DNA from: Chrysemys picta bellii
Lineage: Eukaryota
Assembly: GCF_011386835.1 (NCBI RefSeq)
Contig: NC_088798.1
Coordinates: 86,490,001-86,554,000, forward strand
DNA: 64,000 bases
Direction of reading: 5' to 3'
Shown: one piece after another, positions 10,843 through 23,940 of the stretch
Numbering within the stretch: position 1 is the stretch's first letter
Layout of the letters: each line of letters begins with the position of its first letter
Program-made: the position numbers and the translations under genes
Notes under the pieces: model-generated
Told to the model about the DNA's origin: nothing
The model's input: only the letters and a program-made list of their open reading frames with translations
Database searches by the model: none

Positions 10843-13800
10843 GGCATCTTTGTGTGTAACATTATGATTTATGGCAGGAAGTGTTTATCAAACTTTAGAA
10901 TACTATCACAATTGTCTTTTCCTGGGAGTGTGGGAGGAACCCACAAAAGCAGGGTTGCCATCTGGGCCAATCTGCGGGCACATCTAGGTAGAACTTATCT
11001 GTTGCATTGGATGTAAGCATCTTTCCTTTGTCCCTATTGCTCTTCCATTGGAACTGCTTTGAGAAGTCAATTTTGTCAACATGGCATGTAGGATGGTAGG
11101 ACACTGAACCAATTCACTTAGTCTTCTATTGACTTTCACCCTTCACACAGTACTTTGTTACTGCAATCAAAAGATATAAAACTACCCAAGCATGCTGAAG
11201 ATTTTGTACTATTAGGGAAAATATAAACAGACTCCCTATTAATATCACCATTTGCCTTGTAATATTTGCTATATAAAAGCTAATAACAATATATTGTGTT
11301 GAATAAATTCTTAGGCCAAAGACCATTTCTGTTTTTGTTCTGGAGTATAGTTATTACTAAGTTAACAAGGAGTATTCACAATGGATTAATAGTGTTATAC
11401 TGATATATGCTCCTCCTCTCTCTTAACTCTGGTCTCCTGAATCTTTATGGTTATTAGGAAGAATTACTACTTTCTCTCATCATACATTTACATTGTATTT
11501 ATCTGAGAAGCTCACACTATTCCTTTTACTGAAGCTGGAATGTAGGTTAACAACATATCCAGAGCCCTCCTTGTGAACCTCAAAGCCTTCTGACAAGGAA
11601 TATCAATGCAAACTACCTTATAATGTAATGCAAATGTAGTTCTGTGTGTGGGTTCTTTCTTTAGGACTCTCCTTGCACTCTATTCACATTATCATCAGAA
11701 CACTTAGCTAGGCACCTATATAATTAAAATTACAATTGCACTGAACCTTTTTAATTGCCACAAAAATATACCAAATATAAATATGTAAAATCCAGACTTT
11801 TCACATTCCTGCAGATTACAACTGGATTACAATTCAAAGTTTTTACTAATATGAGACCACCTTCAAACTGAGGACTGAAATCCAATGGTAAAATTTCTGT
11901 TAACTTCAATGGAACTTGGGTTAGTCCATTAAATAATTGGTATTTCAACACCATGATATTCTGCTGAGGTTTCATTTTTTTTAAAAGGAATATCACATAC
12001 TGTATTGTCAAGCAGCCAAGCAAAAAAATATCTTTAATAGTACCTAGATTTCAGTTCAAAGCAACAGAAAAATTCAATTCAAATACACTTTAAAAAAGAT
12101 TGGTAAAATAAATGTTACTATGAAACTTCTTCACAAAAAAGCCCTGGAAAATAAATATTTCACAGTTTGCCACAGGCTTCTGTAGGATGGAAGCCACACA
12201 TTATTTTAATAACATTGGAAACTTTACTAAGAAATGTAAAGTAAAGGTAAATGCAACTTCATAAATACATAAGATACCAGGGAAGTTGTCAGTCAATACA
12301 AACTACTTGCAAAATCAGGCAGAAAATTGTGCAATGAGTAGATACAAAATGGTGGTGCTTTTGCTTCAAATTCTCAACTAGAGGAGTGGCAGATTTTGTC
12401 TTAGAACATTCTTCCCATTGTATATTTCTTGTGTGGGATCACATAAATTTTGAGGGAATCACATAATTTCGTGGATTATGTTCTGCATCTTTATTCTCCT
12501 ACTGCTGTTTTACCTTAGCACTTCCTGTTTAAATAATGTCCCTGAATCTAGAAAGTACTTTGTGGACTGCTGGGAGATATAGTCAAGTTCATCCCCAGGG
12601 TGTCACAGTTTGTTCGTACCATTCTTAGTTCTAGAGGGAATTTGAAAGAACTCTACAGGAGCAAAGTAGAGCTCAAAGTTTGGAGAGAGGCCCTCGTTAA
12701 TTTCTGCTTTTCAGATTTGTTTGGCCTGAACAAATCTATGGTGATCACTTTCATTTTACAGAAACAAAAGGTTAACTGTTTGAAAAGTCTGCTACACATT
12801 TATAGAAAAGCAGCTAACAATGTTTAGCTAGTGGAAAAAAATTATACATGCCTATCACAGTATATGATCCTTTACATTATTATTATTGCCTGAAAATATA
12901 TTTTCAATCTGATCTAGTGCTTTTTAATAACTCCAGCATAGATACAAGTCATGGAACATTAGCTAATAATAATGTCATTCATTAAAGTACAGAATGGCTG
13001 GTCATTTGTGCTGTGAAATTTCTTGACAATATTGTGGCTTTGATTAGCTTCTAATTTCTGTGCAACTCCCTTGCTCTCACTACTATGAACTGGAGTAGCA
13101 AGAAGCAGGAGTTTTGAATATGGCTAAGCAACACTTGTGTTGTTGTTGTTGTTTTCTAAAGGAGGATTTTCTAAGTGCATAGAATAGGATAATTTCATAA
13201 TCCCATCACAAAGTAGCCTCTGTTGCTCTGTCAAAAGAATCAGAACTTTTCAACCAGCAAATTCTTTCTCCTTATTTCTTCATGCTGTGTCGAAAGGTAC
13301 ATCCAAACAGCACATAAAACAAGGGAGTAATTTTACCTCTGATTTCTCTCGATATGTACAAGCCATTTAAACTTCACCCTCAAGGTTTGTATTCACAAGA
13401 GAAACCTCTGATTAAAATATAGCCCTGTAGTGTGCAGCTGAGTTCTTTATTCTCTGTGCGATAAATGAATGAGGGCAATAAATGTATAAAAAGCCCTACT
13501 TTAGAAAAATCATAATGAATGATTCTAACATCAGGGGAGTCATTAGCTGTTGATCCAATAGCAGGTTATGACTTTAAGTCTTTATTCTAATTATAAAAGT
13601 ACATTTTAAAAAAAAATTCAAAGGTAGCAAAATGGCCTCCTACATTGTGTAAAATGGAGCACTTCAGAGCAAAAAGTTTTGTAATAGCAGAGGATCAAAG
13701 TGCCAAGAATTAATACAAGTTGCATATAATGAACAGTCAGAACATGAGGTGGTTGATGGGACTGATCAGTTCATAAAACAAAATAAAATTATGAAGCTGG

Positions 13801-16134
13801 TTTTGGGGGAGGGAAGGAAATTAATGCTGCTGAGGGACTGTGGTTTGTGTCATAAACCAGTTGAATCTCCCTTATGGTTTAATATGCAAATATTGCTTAT
13901 TTCTCTGTTATTAAAGTGCACTTATTTTCATCTTTGGCCTCCTCACCTGAAATCTACTCACTTATCCATTGCCACAAGGAACTATGTCTACCACCAAAAT
14001 ATTTCTTGATTTCCCCCACACGTGAGTCAGGTAAAAGCAGGGACTGAAAATTACACTGGGATGAGGCCCTGATTTTCAAATGCAATCCTGGATCATGTGC
14101 AGTATTAAACTTCACTTTCCCATAACCTGCCATGGCTAAGGACACATATTTTACAATGCAGGATGATGGGGATTCAAGGTTGCCCAGCAATCTAGCTTTC
14201 AACCTTTCACTTCCAGTCCTGGCAAGTTGTAAAGTACCCTTAAACTTTGTAAACTGGCTAATTCCCAAGTGCTTGTCAAAGGGAAATTTCTAGACTTATT
14301 TTGGAGCTAGTAGGGAGTCCTATGCCACAGAGCAGGAAGATCTGTGACCCAGGTATTATAGTATAAAAGGATCAGGTAGGACTCCTTTCTACAGTGAGTT
14401 CTCTCTGGTTCAGTTTCTCCACATGCAGAGGAACCAACCATTTCTTCTCTGCCAGCCTCAGACTCTAAGCTCCTTGTTTTCAAATCCTGACCCCTTGTAC
14501 CATGCTTCACCCCTTCCAAAACTTAATCAAGGAAGCCACAAGAGTCAAGTGACTCATTTTAACATTAGCCACTGGGGGACAAAAACCTCCTGATACTGAA
14601 ACCATAAAAATTACACCCTACATATACCACGGCGTATGCATGCAGATGCACAGGAGCTATATTTAGCTGGTGAGCTACAGGGAGAGTTTCTATATGGGTG
14701 AACATCAGGAAAGCAATCAGCAGGCAGAGAAACCAGGTGGTGGAGCATTATTTTAAAATGATTCGAGCTGTGTGTTGGGTAATAAGGTTAAATGAAGGTG
14801 GAAGAGTTAGGAGAACTCATACTATAACATTATCCTCAGCTTGATGCACTGATAAAAAATACATGCATGGAGTGTGCTTAGAGAAAATATGTCAATGGTA
14901 TGTACAGCGCATTGTCTTTCGGTCTGACTTTTTGTCCTTTTGTACAAAAGTCTCTTCCCAAGTCTTTCATTATCTGATTTAAATCCTAAATGTTCGAGTC
15001 GGAGACTCTTTGGCTTTACTTAGAGTTCCTCAGAGGGAAGCATCTATTCTAGGCAATTTGCAAGTCCTCCTAGGGTAAGACGAGTTGTTTATCTGAGTTT
15101 TACTTTTGAAATGGGTGATGATAATGAGGTGTAATTGAGAATTGCTTTGGGCTCATTAATATGCATGTTGTCATCCACTTGTTTCCCTGTTTCCTTTAAA
15201 GTCACCTTCTTGAGCTCTTGGAATATAACTTGTAAATTATCATAGCACTTTTTCTTTCTTGAGTAATATTGCTGGGGGTGTGTGTTATTTTTGTTTTGTG
15301 TGTTTTGTTGTCAGAATTGTGGGTTTTTTAATGATTATGATTTGTTTTTGTTCTCTTACAGAGTTTCTGGTTTATTTTTCCTAACTGATTTTCCATTAAT
15401 GTGGGTTTTTGAATTTTCTAGTTGTCCTCAATGCACTGCTACTTAGAAGTATTTTAATGTACAAATAGGAAAACAAAAAAGTCCTCCCTTGCATTTTAAA
15501 CCTTTTTCTTCAATTAGACATTCACTAATATCTTAACTTTGTTAATGGCTTGATTTTTTTTCCCCAGAGATTCTTGGCGCTTCAGTAGCAGCTTGAGATA
15601 CACAGCACCTCTGAAAACCAGACTTTACATATTCAATCTTTATTTTGTCTTCCCATAAAACATCACAATTAAATACCTTGTTGTTGCATAGCAGGTCCCT
15701 GCTAGCTATTAAGATAGTTGCTGCTGTATTTGAACTTCCTATTTTTTTTCCCAACAAATCTTTATGGCCAATAGGTTAGATCTTTTGCCAAATACTTTTC
15801 TCCTTTCCAGTGCAGCCACCCTTAAAAATGATGTCTTGGCCAAGGAGAGCTAAACCTACAGGTAAACTCCACATCCAATACGTACCTCTGAGCACCAACT
15901 GAGAGAGGATGCTTACACAAGATGAGCTTCTTATCCCCCAAGGGTTTAGTATGTGGAATTGAACTCAAAATCCAAACATGGGTCCCAGTGTGACAATATT
16001 TCCTTTGTCATTTTCTCCCTTCTAAACAATCTGTTTTAGCGTTAAATCTCCTTCTCCTGCACAGAACTCAATAAATCAGATTTTTCTGCAGCAGATCCAG
16101 TCTTGTGGTCAGTGAGCAGCAGTAGTGCATAGAC

Positions 16135-16880
16135 CAGTGGTTCCCAAACTGGGGTTTGTGAACCCCTGGGGGTTCGCGAAAGGTTACAGGGGGGTCTCGG
16201 GGAAAAAAAAAACTCTAATGGCAGTCAGAGCTGTCCCTAGGGATCCTGGGCAGCATGGGGCCAGCAGCCCAGAGCCCCTGGACTTCCAAGAGCTAAGCAG
16301 GTCAAAGCAAGCATAGCTATCACACTGAGGAGATTTAAACTTCAAGACTCCTTATAAGAAATGGAAAGGGAGGTGGATATTTTTTGCTCTTTTTAAAATT
16401 AAATAGGCAGCTAGTATTGTTTTTAAAATTATTATGAACAATTTTAAGCTTTGCTGTAACGTGCATTGTTTGCCTGGACTGCTCAAGACCTGATGCTTGT
16501 GTAGGAGGAACTCTTTGAGTTGGCTTCTTAAATGCTTTCATGCTGTTTCACATCTGATACTCCTTGATGAAACATAGGAGCCTTGTCTTAGAACAGGCTT
16601 ATTCAAAGTGATACAAGCTACGAAAGTGAGATCTTGGAAGAGTGTTGCCATGTTCATTATGTAATAAAAATACTGTAATGATAACTAATCATTAATAACA
16701 AATAGTGTGTAATAAACATGTCATAAAAACAAATTTTATATTTCCAAGATCACTGCTTTTATAATTTATACTCAGGTAAAGGAGAAAATCCCTAGAAATA
16801 TTCATTTTTAGGAGGGGGTTCACGAGACTTGACATTTTAGTGAAAGGGGTTCACAAGTTGTTAAAGTTTGGGAACCACTG
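16135..16880. mobile_element. Non-autonomous hAT (Charlie-like) element, 746 bp
   Basis: TIR CAGTGGTTCCCAAACT / AGTTTGGGAACCACTG; 8-bp TSD GCATAGAC (16127-16134, 16881-16888). Confidence 0.95.
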
Positions 16881-17054
16881 GCATAGACCAGCCTTCTGTG
16901 ACTGTTCTTCCAACTTATACAGCCCCTCTGCACCAAGGAAACTGGATCCACATAGATTCTGAATCCCACAGACTCGTCCCCTGGCATGCTCCAGCTCACG
17001 CCTCTTTGCTTTCCAACCTATGTAGGGTAATATGTCATTCCACAACGGAGAGGG

Positions 17055-17160
17055 AGAGGAAGGATGGCCTTGTGCTTAAGGCACTGGACTATGATTTGGG
17101 AGATTGGGGTTCAGTACCTGGTTATTCAACAGATTCCCTGTGTAACCATGTCACGGATTT
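17055..17160 (+). mobile_element. tRNA-headed MIR-like SINE fragment
   Basis: ggatggccttgtgcttaaggcactggactatgatttgggagattggggttcagtacctgg carries A/B-box-like head motifs. Confidence 0.6.
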
Positions 17161-18604
17161 TTTAAGTGTTCAATTTTGCTATAGGCAGCTAAATGGACTG
17201 ACCGGATTTTCAAAAGTGCTCAGCACTCAGGAGCTTCTATTGTCAGAGTCCCAGTAGTTTTGGACCCTGCATAGTTTTGGGTCCAAGGGGCTGAGGGGAG
17301 TTGGATGGCCTCTTGCCTAGGCCCCATCTTTCCTCCAATCCTCCTATTGCAATACCTGCTAAGCTGCTTCAGTGACCGCTTGTGCCAGCATGACTTTCTT
17401 TCTGGCCCCCGGAGCTGGCTCAGCCCTGAAATTTCTTTCTTTCCCCCTCCCCAGTCCACATGGCTGCCTTAAACGATTTGTCAGGGGAAAAAATGTGCAA
17501 GGATATTAAGTCTAAACGGTCTAAGGCAGTGTTGAAAAAAGTAGGAGCCCAGTCCTGCAAGCTTTTGACTTCAGTATGCCTAATCACATGAGTAAAGATT
17601 GCAGGATCAGACCATTAAGAATACAAACAAGTTTCTTTCATGGGCATTCATAGTTATATGAATTTATCTAAGGGTGAGCAGAAAATCAACAAAATAATAG
17701 GTGCAAATAATATGAAATTTCTCAATTTGGTTGGTCAAATATCTTTCAAATGTATCTGTTCATTTTAGACAGGGTATTTAAACAGATATTTTAATATAAC
17801 ACATTTGTGTGTCATATTGCTTGTTGTTGACTAGGACAGATTTTCAAAATTCAAGGTATTGGGTGCTGCATTCTGTCCTGTACAGAGGCAACTAAATGAG
17901 AGCTGCACTCTTCTGAAAATCTGGTTGCAATTTTCATCTCTGAGCACTTCTGAAAATCTGTCTCAAAAGGTACCTTTATCTGTGGGTGCGCCTTACTGAT
18001 TCATTAAGGCTTCATTAAGTATTCATAGCTTGATTCATAATTCTCAATCATATTTTTTAAACTTCAGGCTTGATACTTGGAGCCATATACTGTATACTGC
18101 CCATAACATTCACTCTCCCGAAACTACCAGTAACTTCTATTATGATACTGGTGGAAAGAACTGCATACTTGATTCTTCTATTTTATTTGCATCAACTTCT
18201 AGCTCTTAACATTTTCCTTTCACTGCTTTTAAAGTAATTTTTAATCAGTCTCCTTTCTTTTGCTTTTTACTGTCAAATACAATCAAATGAAAGAAGCAGG
18301 GTTTTTATTTCTGTATAGTTTAGCATGACTTAAATCCATGTGATGTCACTTCTTTAATTTAGAGTTTGTGAGAGACTGAGCAGTGGCCTAAGATCTTGAG
18401 AAGGTACACTAGCAAATAAGTCATTTATGGACTGACTCAGACCCAGTTAGGGTCCAGGGGAAGGCCTATTGAAGTCAGTGAGAGGTTTTTCACTGACTTC
18501 AATGGACATTGGGTCAAATTCTTGCTTGAGATTCTCACATCCACTCCAGCCCCTTTTTCTCTGGATAAAGAGGTTGGAATAGCAGAAAGGGGCTCTTAAT
18601 GCCC

Positions 18605-19408
18605 TGTAGCCAATTATAAAAGATATTAGGTATATTTAGGATATAACAGCGAAATACAAGAATTAATGTTGTAACACAGGGCCTTCAGGCATGTAAGATA
18701 TTTAGCTTAGCCAAACAAGGCCACATCTCGAAAGATAGACTGACATGAGCAGCTAACCAGTGAGTGACCCTATGTCACCAGATGAAACAGTTACAGTAGT
18801 AGACAATGTACCAATTAAAGCTGGTTAGAGTATTTTGGGGATTATTGCAGACGTAGGGTGGCTAACAACAAGTTGTTATGGTGATTGAGTGACATATTTG
18901 TGAATGAGTATAAGAGGTTAACTTGTTAGTTACCATGAAAAATGGGGCACACCAAATTTGGTGGGGTGTGGAAGTATAGATAACGAAAGGGGATTGAAAC
19001 CTTCATAAATGTGTCTGAACCCCAATGGGTTTCAGAATAAACACTATAATAGCTTGTGTGCCCTGGGAGACACGGATGACAGCCACTGGTAGTGGTGGCA
19101 ATGAGGAGGACAATAATGACTCACACTTTGAGTTTCACAGAAGGAGTTGTGAGTGATGCTAGTCATAGGACTAACCACTTTGTATTATCTCTCTATCTGC
19201 TGTGGTATTTCCATGTTTGTGGGATTGCTCATCTGCTTTGTGGATTTGTTAATAAAGGGATGTGTGATAAATTGCAGATGTTTCTTGTGTGGTTCTCAGG
19301 TCTCTCATTCTAATAACATCAGTGGTAATCTTCCTGATGTGGTAGCCATTCAGGAGACCAAACACTTATTGACAACTGTGGTCTTAAAAAAGAGAACCCA
19401 CTGACACA
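18605..19408 (+). mobile_element. Possible solo LTR (ERV-like)
   Basis: TG start and CA end, CCAAT-like motif near 18810, AATAAA at 19251-19256. No TSD found, so boundaries are uncertain. Confidence 0.35.
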
Positions 19409-19868
19409 TTGTAGTGTAGGGGATAGGACAGGGTTGGAGCTGCCGATGGGAAGGGAACATTGGGGACAAGACTACAGCACAGAGCATTGTGAAGATTCTG
19501 GGCATGGTTGTTGCCCATAGGGCAACTTGAGGAGTCTGCTATAACTTGAACATTCCCTCAGGGCTGGAGCTGCTCTGGGCTCTGGACCAGAGCAGAATTG
19601 GGAAAGCACAAGCATAATTTAAAGCCGACATAGTCCCTCACTCCTTTGGCTGTAAATTCTGTGCCTCTAACAGTCATATCTCAGAATTCACCTCTTCCTT
19701 ATGACTGAGAGGATCATGATAATGTTTATTATGAAATCTGTCCCTTTGTGATTATACGTTTCCTCTCACCATTTGGTTTCTTAATTGCAGTCTGTCTATC
19801 GATTTAGTTCCTTTGTATGAAATTACCAGACCTCATAACTAGACTGGGCAGAATTTGATTTATATATA

Positions 19869-20872
19869 CAGTAACTCCTCACTTAAAGTCGTCCCAGTTA
19901 ATGTTGTTTCCTTGTTATGTAGTTGATCAATTAGGGAACATGCTCATTTAAAGTTGCGCAATGCTCCCTGATAATGTTGTTTGGCAGCTGCCTGCTTTCT
20001 CCACTGCTTGCAGGAAGAGCAGCCTATTGGAGCTAGCTGGTGGGGGCTTGGAAACCAGAGTGGACTGGCAGCCCCGCTATCAGCTCCCTGCTCCCCTAAA
20101 TTCCCTGTGTGGCAGCCACCCAGCAGCAATTGCCAGGCAGTTCAGCTGTCCCGCCCCCACTGCCATGTGTTGCTCCTGCCCTCTGCCTTGGAGTTGCTCC
20201 CAGGAGCCTTCTGCTTACTGTGCAGGGGAGGTGGAGAGAGGGGCTAATGTCAGAGTGTCCCCCTCCCCCGTGCTCCTGCACCTTATCTCCACAGAACAAG
20301 GCGGGGGGGGACATGACAGGACTCAGGACGGAGGGAGCTTGCTGGCAGCAGCTGCTGTCTCAATTTGCTGATCTATTTAAAAAAGTGGTGTACTTAGCGG
20401 GAGGTCAGTGTATTTAAAGGGGCACTGCTTGTCTCTCTTTCTCTCTCTCTCACACACGGTGTGTGTCTCTGTCTCTCTCTGCCATGCTGTCTCCCCTACC
20501 TCCAGTCGTGCTGCCTTGTAGAGTGTGAGGCTACATCAACAACAATGTATTAACCCTGGAGGGCTCAGCTGAGTGCTAGGTCATCATTTAGCAGTAAGGT
20601 ATTCCCTGGGAAATATCCCACCCTCTGACTTCACAATCATCATTGCTATGTACAGTATTAAATTGTTTGTTTAAAACTTATACTGTATGTGTATGTGTGT
20701 GTGTGTATATAGATATAAAATATAGTCTTTTGTCTGGAGAAAAAAATTTCCCTGGAACCTAACCCCCCCATTTACATTAATTCTTATGGGGAAAGTGGAT
20801 TCACTTAACATCATTTTGCTTAAAGTAGCATTTCTCAGGAACATAACTACAGCGTTAAGCAAGGAGTTACTG
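19869..20872. mobile_element. Non-autonomous Tc1/mariner (Tigger-like) element, ~1004 bp
   Basis: TIR CAGTAACTCCT..CTTAA / TTAAG.AAGGAGTTACTG, TA at both ends (19867-68, 20873-74); internal (CT)n/(CA)n/(TG)n tracts. Confidence 0.9.
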
Positions 20873-23603
20873 TATATGTATTTTCAAAGGCTAATACTGC
20901 AGTTTATTTCTAAGCATTTTTTTCCAATTTTATAGATTAATATTTTCACAATTGTGGAAAGTTGGGTGGGAGGTGTCAGACAATTTAATGACAGCAGACG
21001 TGATTCAAAAAGTTAAAACTTTATAAAGTATTAAAAACACAAATTGTCAACATCAAATAGTAAAATATACAAAGTAAATATCCTTATTCAACAAATCATA
21101 TCAGTTTTTACTATTCATTCACTAGTCCATTTGAAACAAGCCTAATTCAAAAGTCTAAATCACTGGATTTTTACTCTAATAAATTCCAAAACAGCAGTTT
21201 TCTCACTTTGTCTATCTGTAAATTTCTGTTATCAATGGAAATATATTTTCTGTGGTTTGTGTGTATGGTGCAATTGATGTTTGCCAATAAATATGTAATC
21301 CTTCCAAACCCATACGCATAACTATTTTTGTTACCGTTGGTGGTGATGGGGAAATACATTTTGACTCTTGGCTCCCTTCTATAATAAAGACTATAATTTT
21401 GGTCCACGTGCTTAGTAGTTAAAACTAATTCTAAGTGTGCTAATTTGCCCTGTTTTCCAAATGGAAAATGTGCTGGAGACAGTGAGTGTATAATTGTTAA
21501 ATACACATTTCTATCTCACCTACTGCTATGATAGCAGTTTGCCACCATCATTCTTCCAGGTGGAAGAACAGATGTTTCACAGTTGACATCAGTGCTCCTC
21601 CTTGGCCAGCTGACAACGGAAGTCCATGACTCCCTCCCACTTCAAATCACAGATGTCAGTTTTGAGACATTCCTTTACTAGGAGAGCAATCAAACTGTGA
21701 CAAACTTTGCACTACCATGCAATATTATTTTGCACTTTGTGCATGTGTTCCTGCACATCTCTGTGTCTGCATGTGTGTTGATAAAGAACAGAATTATACC
21801 TGGGAACCGTAAGTGCCGTGGCAGGGATTTAAATAAGTAGTTATTTGGAAATGGGATTTTTCTAAGGGATGAAATCCTGTTGGGACCACTTTCCACACCA
21901 AAAATAGATAGTATGTAAGCTTTGTTCTTTTTAAGCTAAATTTGACATTCTTGCTGCATGAATGCTTCTCCTAGGCTTCCAAATATTGTTTATAATCAGG
22001 CCAAGTTCACACAGATTTAGTTCCCTGCTGCCTCAAACTACTTTGACACTCATTCCCTCTCCAGCTTTGGAAGAGGAGGAGAAGGTGTAAAGAAAACAGA
22101 AGTGTTTTGAAAGAATGCCAATTTGCAAACACTTGTGACAGGAGGAGGTTGTGTCTCCTCCTCCATATATTTTCAAATGTGAACAGTATTCAAAATGGAG
22201 ACCAGATGGATAATTACAGCACTCCAACATGCACTGCATCATTTTATTTATTTGAACCCCTGGTTGACAAAGTTGCAAGCAATGATTGTTTCAGTTTCTC
22301 CAAGCACTAACCTTTTTTTTTACTGTTCTCTCTCTCTCTTTTTTTTTTTTAATGTATGAAGTAATTCAGTATTCACAATAACCCATAATTTGGTCTGCTC
22401 TTGCAAGTAGCAGACTGAATCAGGTTCTATGAAATGGCTGTAATGTAGTTTTCTGTGACTGCAGTTAAACCATGGAGATTCTACATACGATAAGCACTTC
22501 GAAATAGAGGGGTGGCGCTTAACATATGCATGGATATACAGAGTATCGGTGGTCTGTCCCTCTTGCAATCATTAGCTGTAAAACATCATGTAGCTATATC
22601 ATCTGATTAACCCAATAAGCATTAGCAGATGCTATGGTATCATTTATTATTGGAAATTTCAACTTTGGAGCTGCACTTTAAAGAATGGTAATTTTTAAAT
22701 GGTTCCCTTTCACTAATACCCATCCTAGCAACAGGATAGGAAAAATAAGAGGAGGTAAAGATTTTTTTTTTTTAAATACCTTCCCTCTGTTTTTTTAAAA
22801 GTAATTATGTGTATGTATTGGCATGTGTCCTTACAGGATTTAGCTGTAAAGACAGTTAATCCTGTATCCAATCTTCCTTGGCCCTATCCACCTCTGTCTC
22901 TCTGACTTTCTCTCCAGCTGTTTTTCCTTCTCTCCTCTCCTGCTACTCAGCAGCTTCAGGAACTTAAATGCCATGAAAGTCTTTACAACTCACTGCAAAA
23001 ATTTTGGTTTCGGCTGGATTCGAGAGGGTAGGAACCGGGGAATAGGTTAATTAAAAACTGCAGTAAAAATAAAACAAAATCATTCACAGAATCTTTACAA
23101 GTGAGAGACGATCTGAATAATATTGACAAACAATGTATATTTAAAATAATATAGAAACTGTATATGGAATCTTTTCCCTAGTAAGTATTTTCTCAGGAAC
23201 CACTTTTTCATAGTGGAAGGATACATGTCATACAATTAATGCATTTTAAAACTTTTTCTAATGATATGTTAAAGTAAATAGCAATGTACCAACAATAAGA
23301 TACTGGTATATCTTGTGCATTAGTATGGTATTGATTCACTTCTTGATGCCTTGAAATCACTCAGTCTTCAGTTTCATTCCTCACACAACGGCCATGTACC
23401 AATAGCCTAGTAAAGCACATCCTGTTGTGACTTATTGCTATACTGGCCAGTGATGTGACTTTATTCATGATGCTTTAGACGTCATGCTTCTGGCGGTGAT
23501 ATAAAAGCATTCCGGCCACCAACTATTCAGCATAAATTTGGGTATGTCAAATAATTGGAGGACTGTATTGTGCAAACAAGCAAATTAAATATTTCAAATT
23601 ATA

Positions 23604-23715
23604 GTCCCTTGAGGCTGGGACAATCTCTTTGTTCTCTGGTTGTGCAGCATCTAGCACAGTGGGGTCCTGCTGTATGACTAGGGCCCCTAGGCACTCTGGT
23701 AACACAAATAATACT
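23604..23715 (+). mobile_element. L2-type SINE/LINE 3' tail
   Basis: ccttgaggctgggacaatctctttg...gcagcatctagcacagtggggtcc...aggcactctggtaacacaaataata; an inverse copy lies at ~63060-63180. Confidence 0.6.
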
Positions 23716-23838
23716 AACTCAGTCCATCTCTAAGACTAAAGTATATTTCATTGCATTTAAAACACTCAAACGAAGCAAAAAGTAATAAGCGAGATCCAGC
23801 TCTAGATGGACACCTACCCAAGGGTATTTAATGAGAAA

Positions 23839-23940
23839 TACAACATGTGGGACGTGAGGAAAGCTTTCTCCAAATTTACAGGCTAAACAGTTTGCAGGGG
23901 AGAAATCCTTCCAAGCTTTCCTCACGTCCCACATGTTGTA
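23839..23940. repeat. Perfect 28-bp inverted repeat with 46-nt spacer (possible mariner-type MITE with TA TSD)
   Basis: tacaacatgtgggacgtgaggaaagctt (23839-23866) is the exact reverse complement of 23913-23940. Confidence 0.9.

Noticed and set aside
19944-20417. Several overlapping ORFs up to 136 aa
   Set aside because: GC-rich interior of a non-autonomous mariner-like element; no transposase motifs.
22100-22162. Two consecutive 8-bp stem-loops (aagtgttt/aaacactt; aggaggag/ctcctcct)
   Set aside because: About 20 such stems with loops up to 20 nt are expected by chance in 64 kb, and the sequences are low-complexity.
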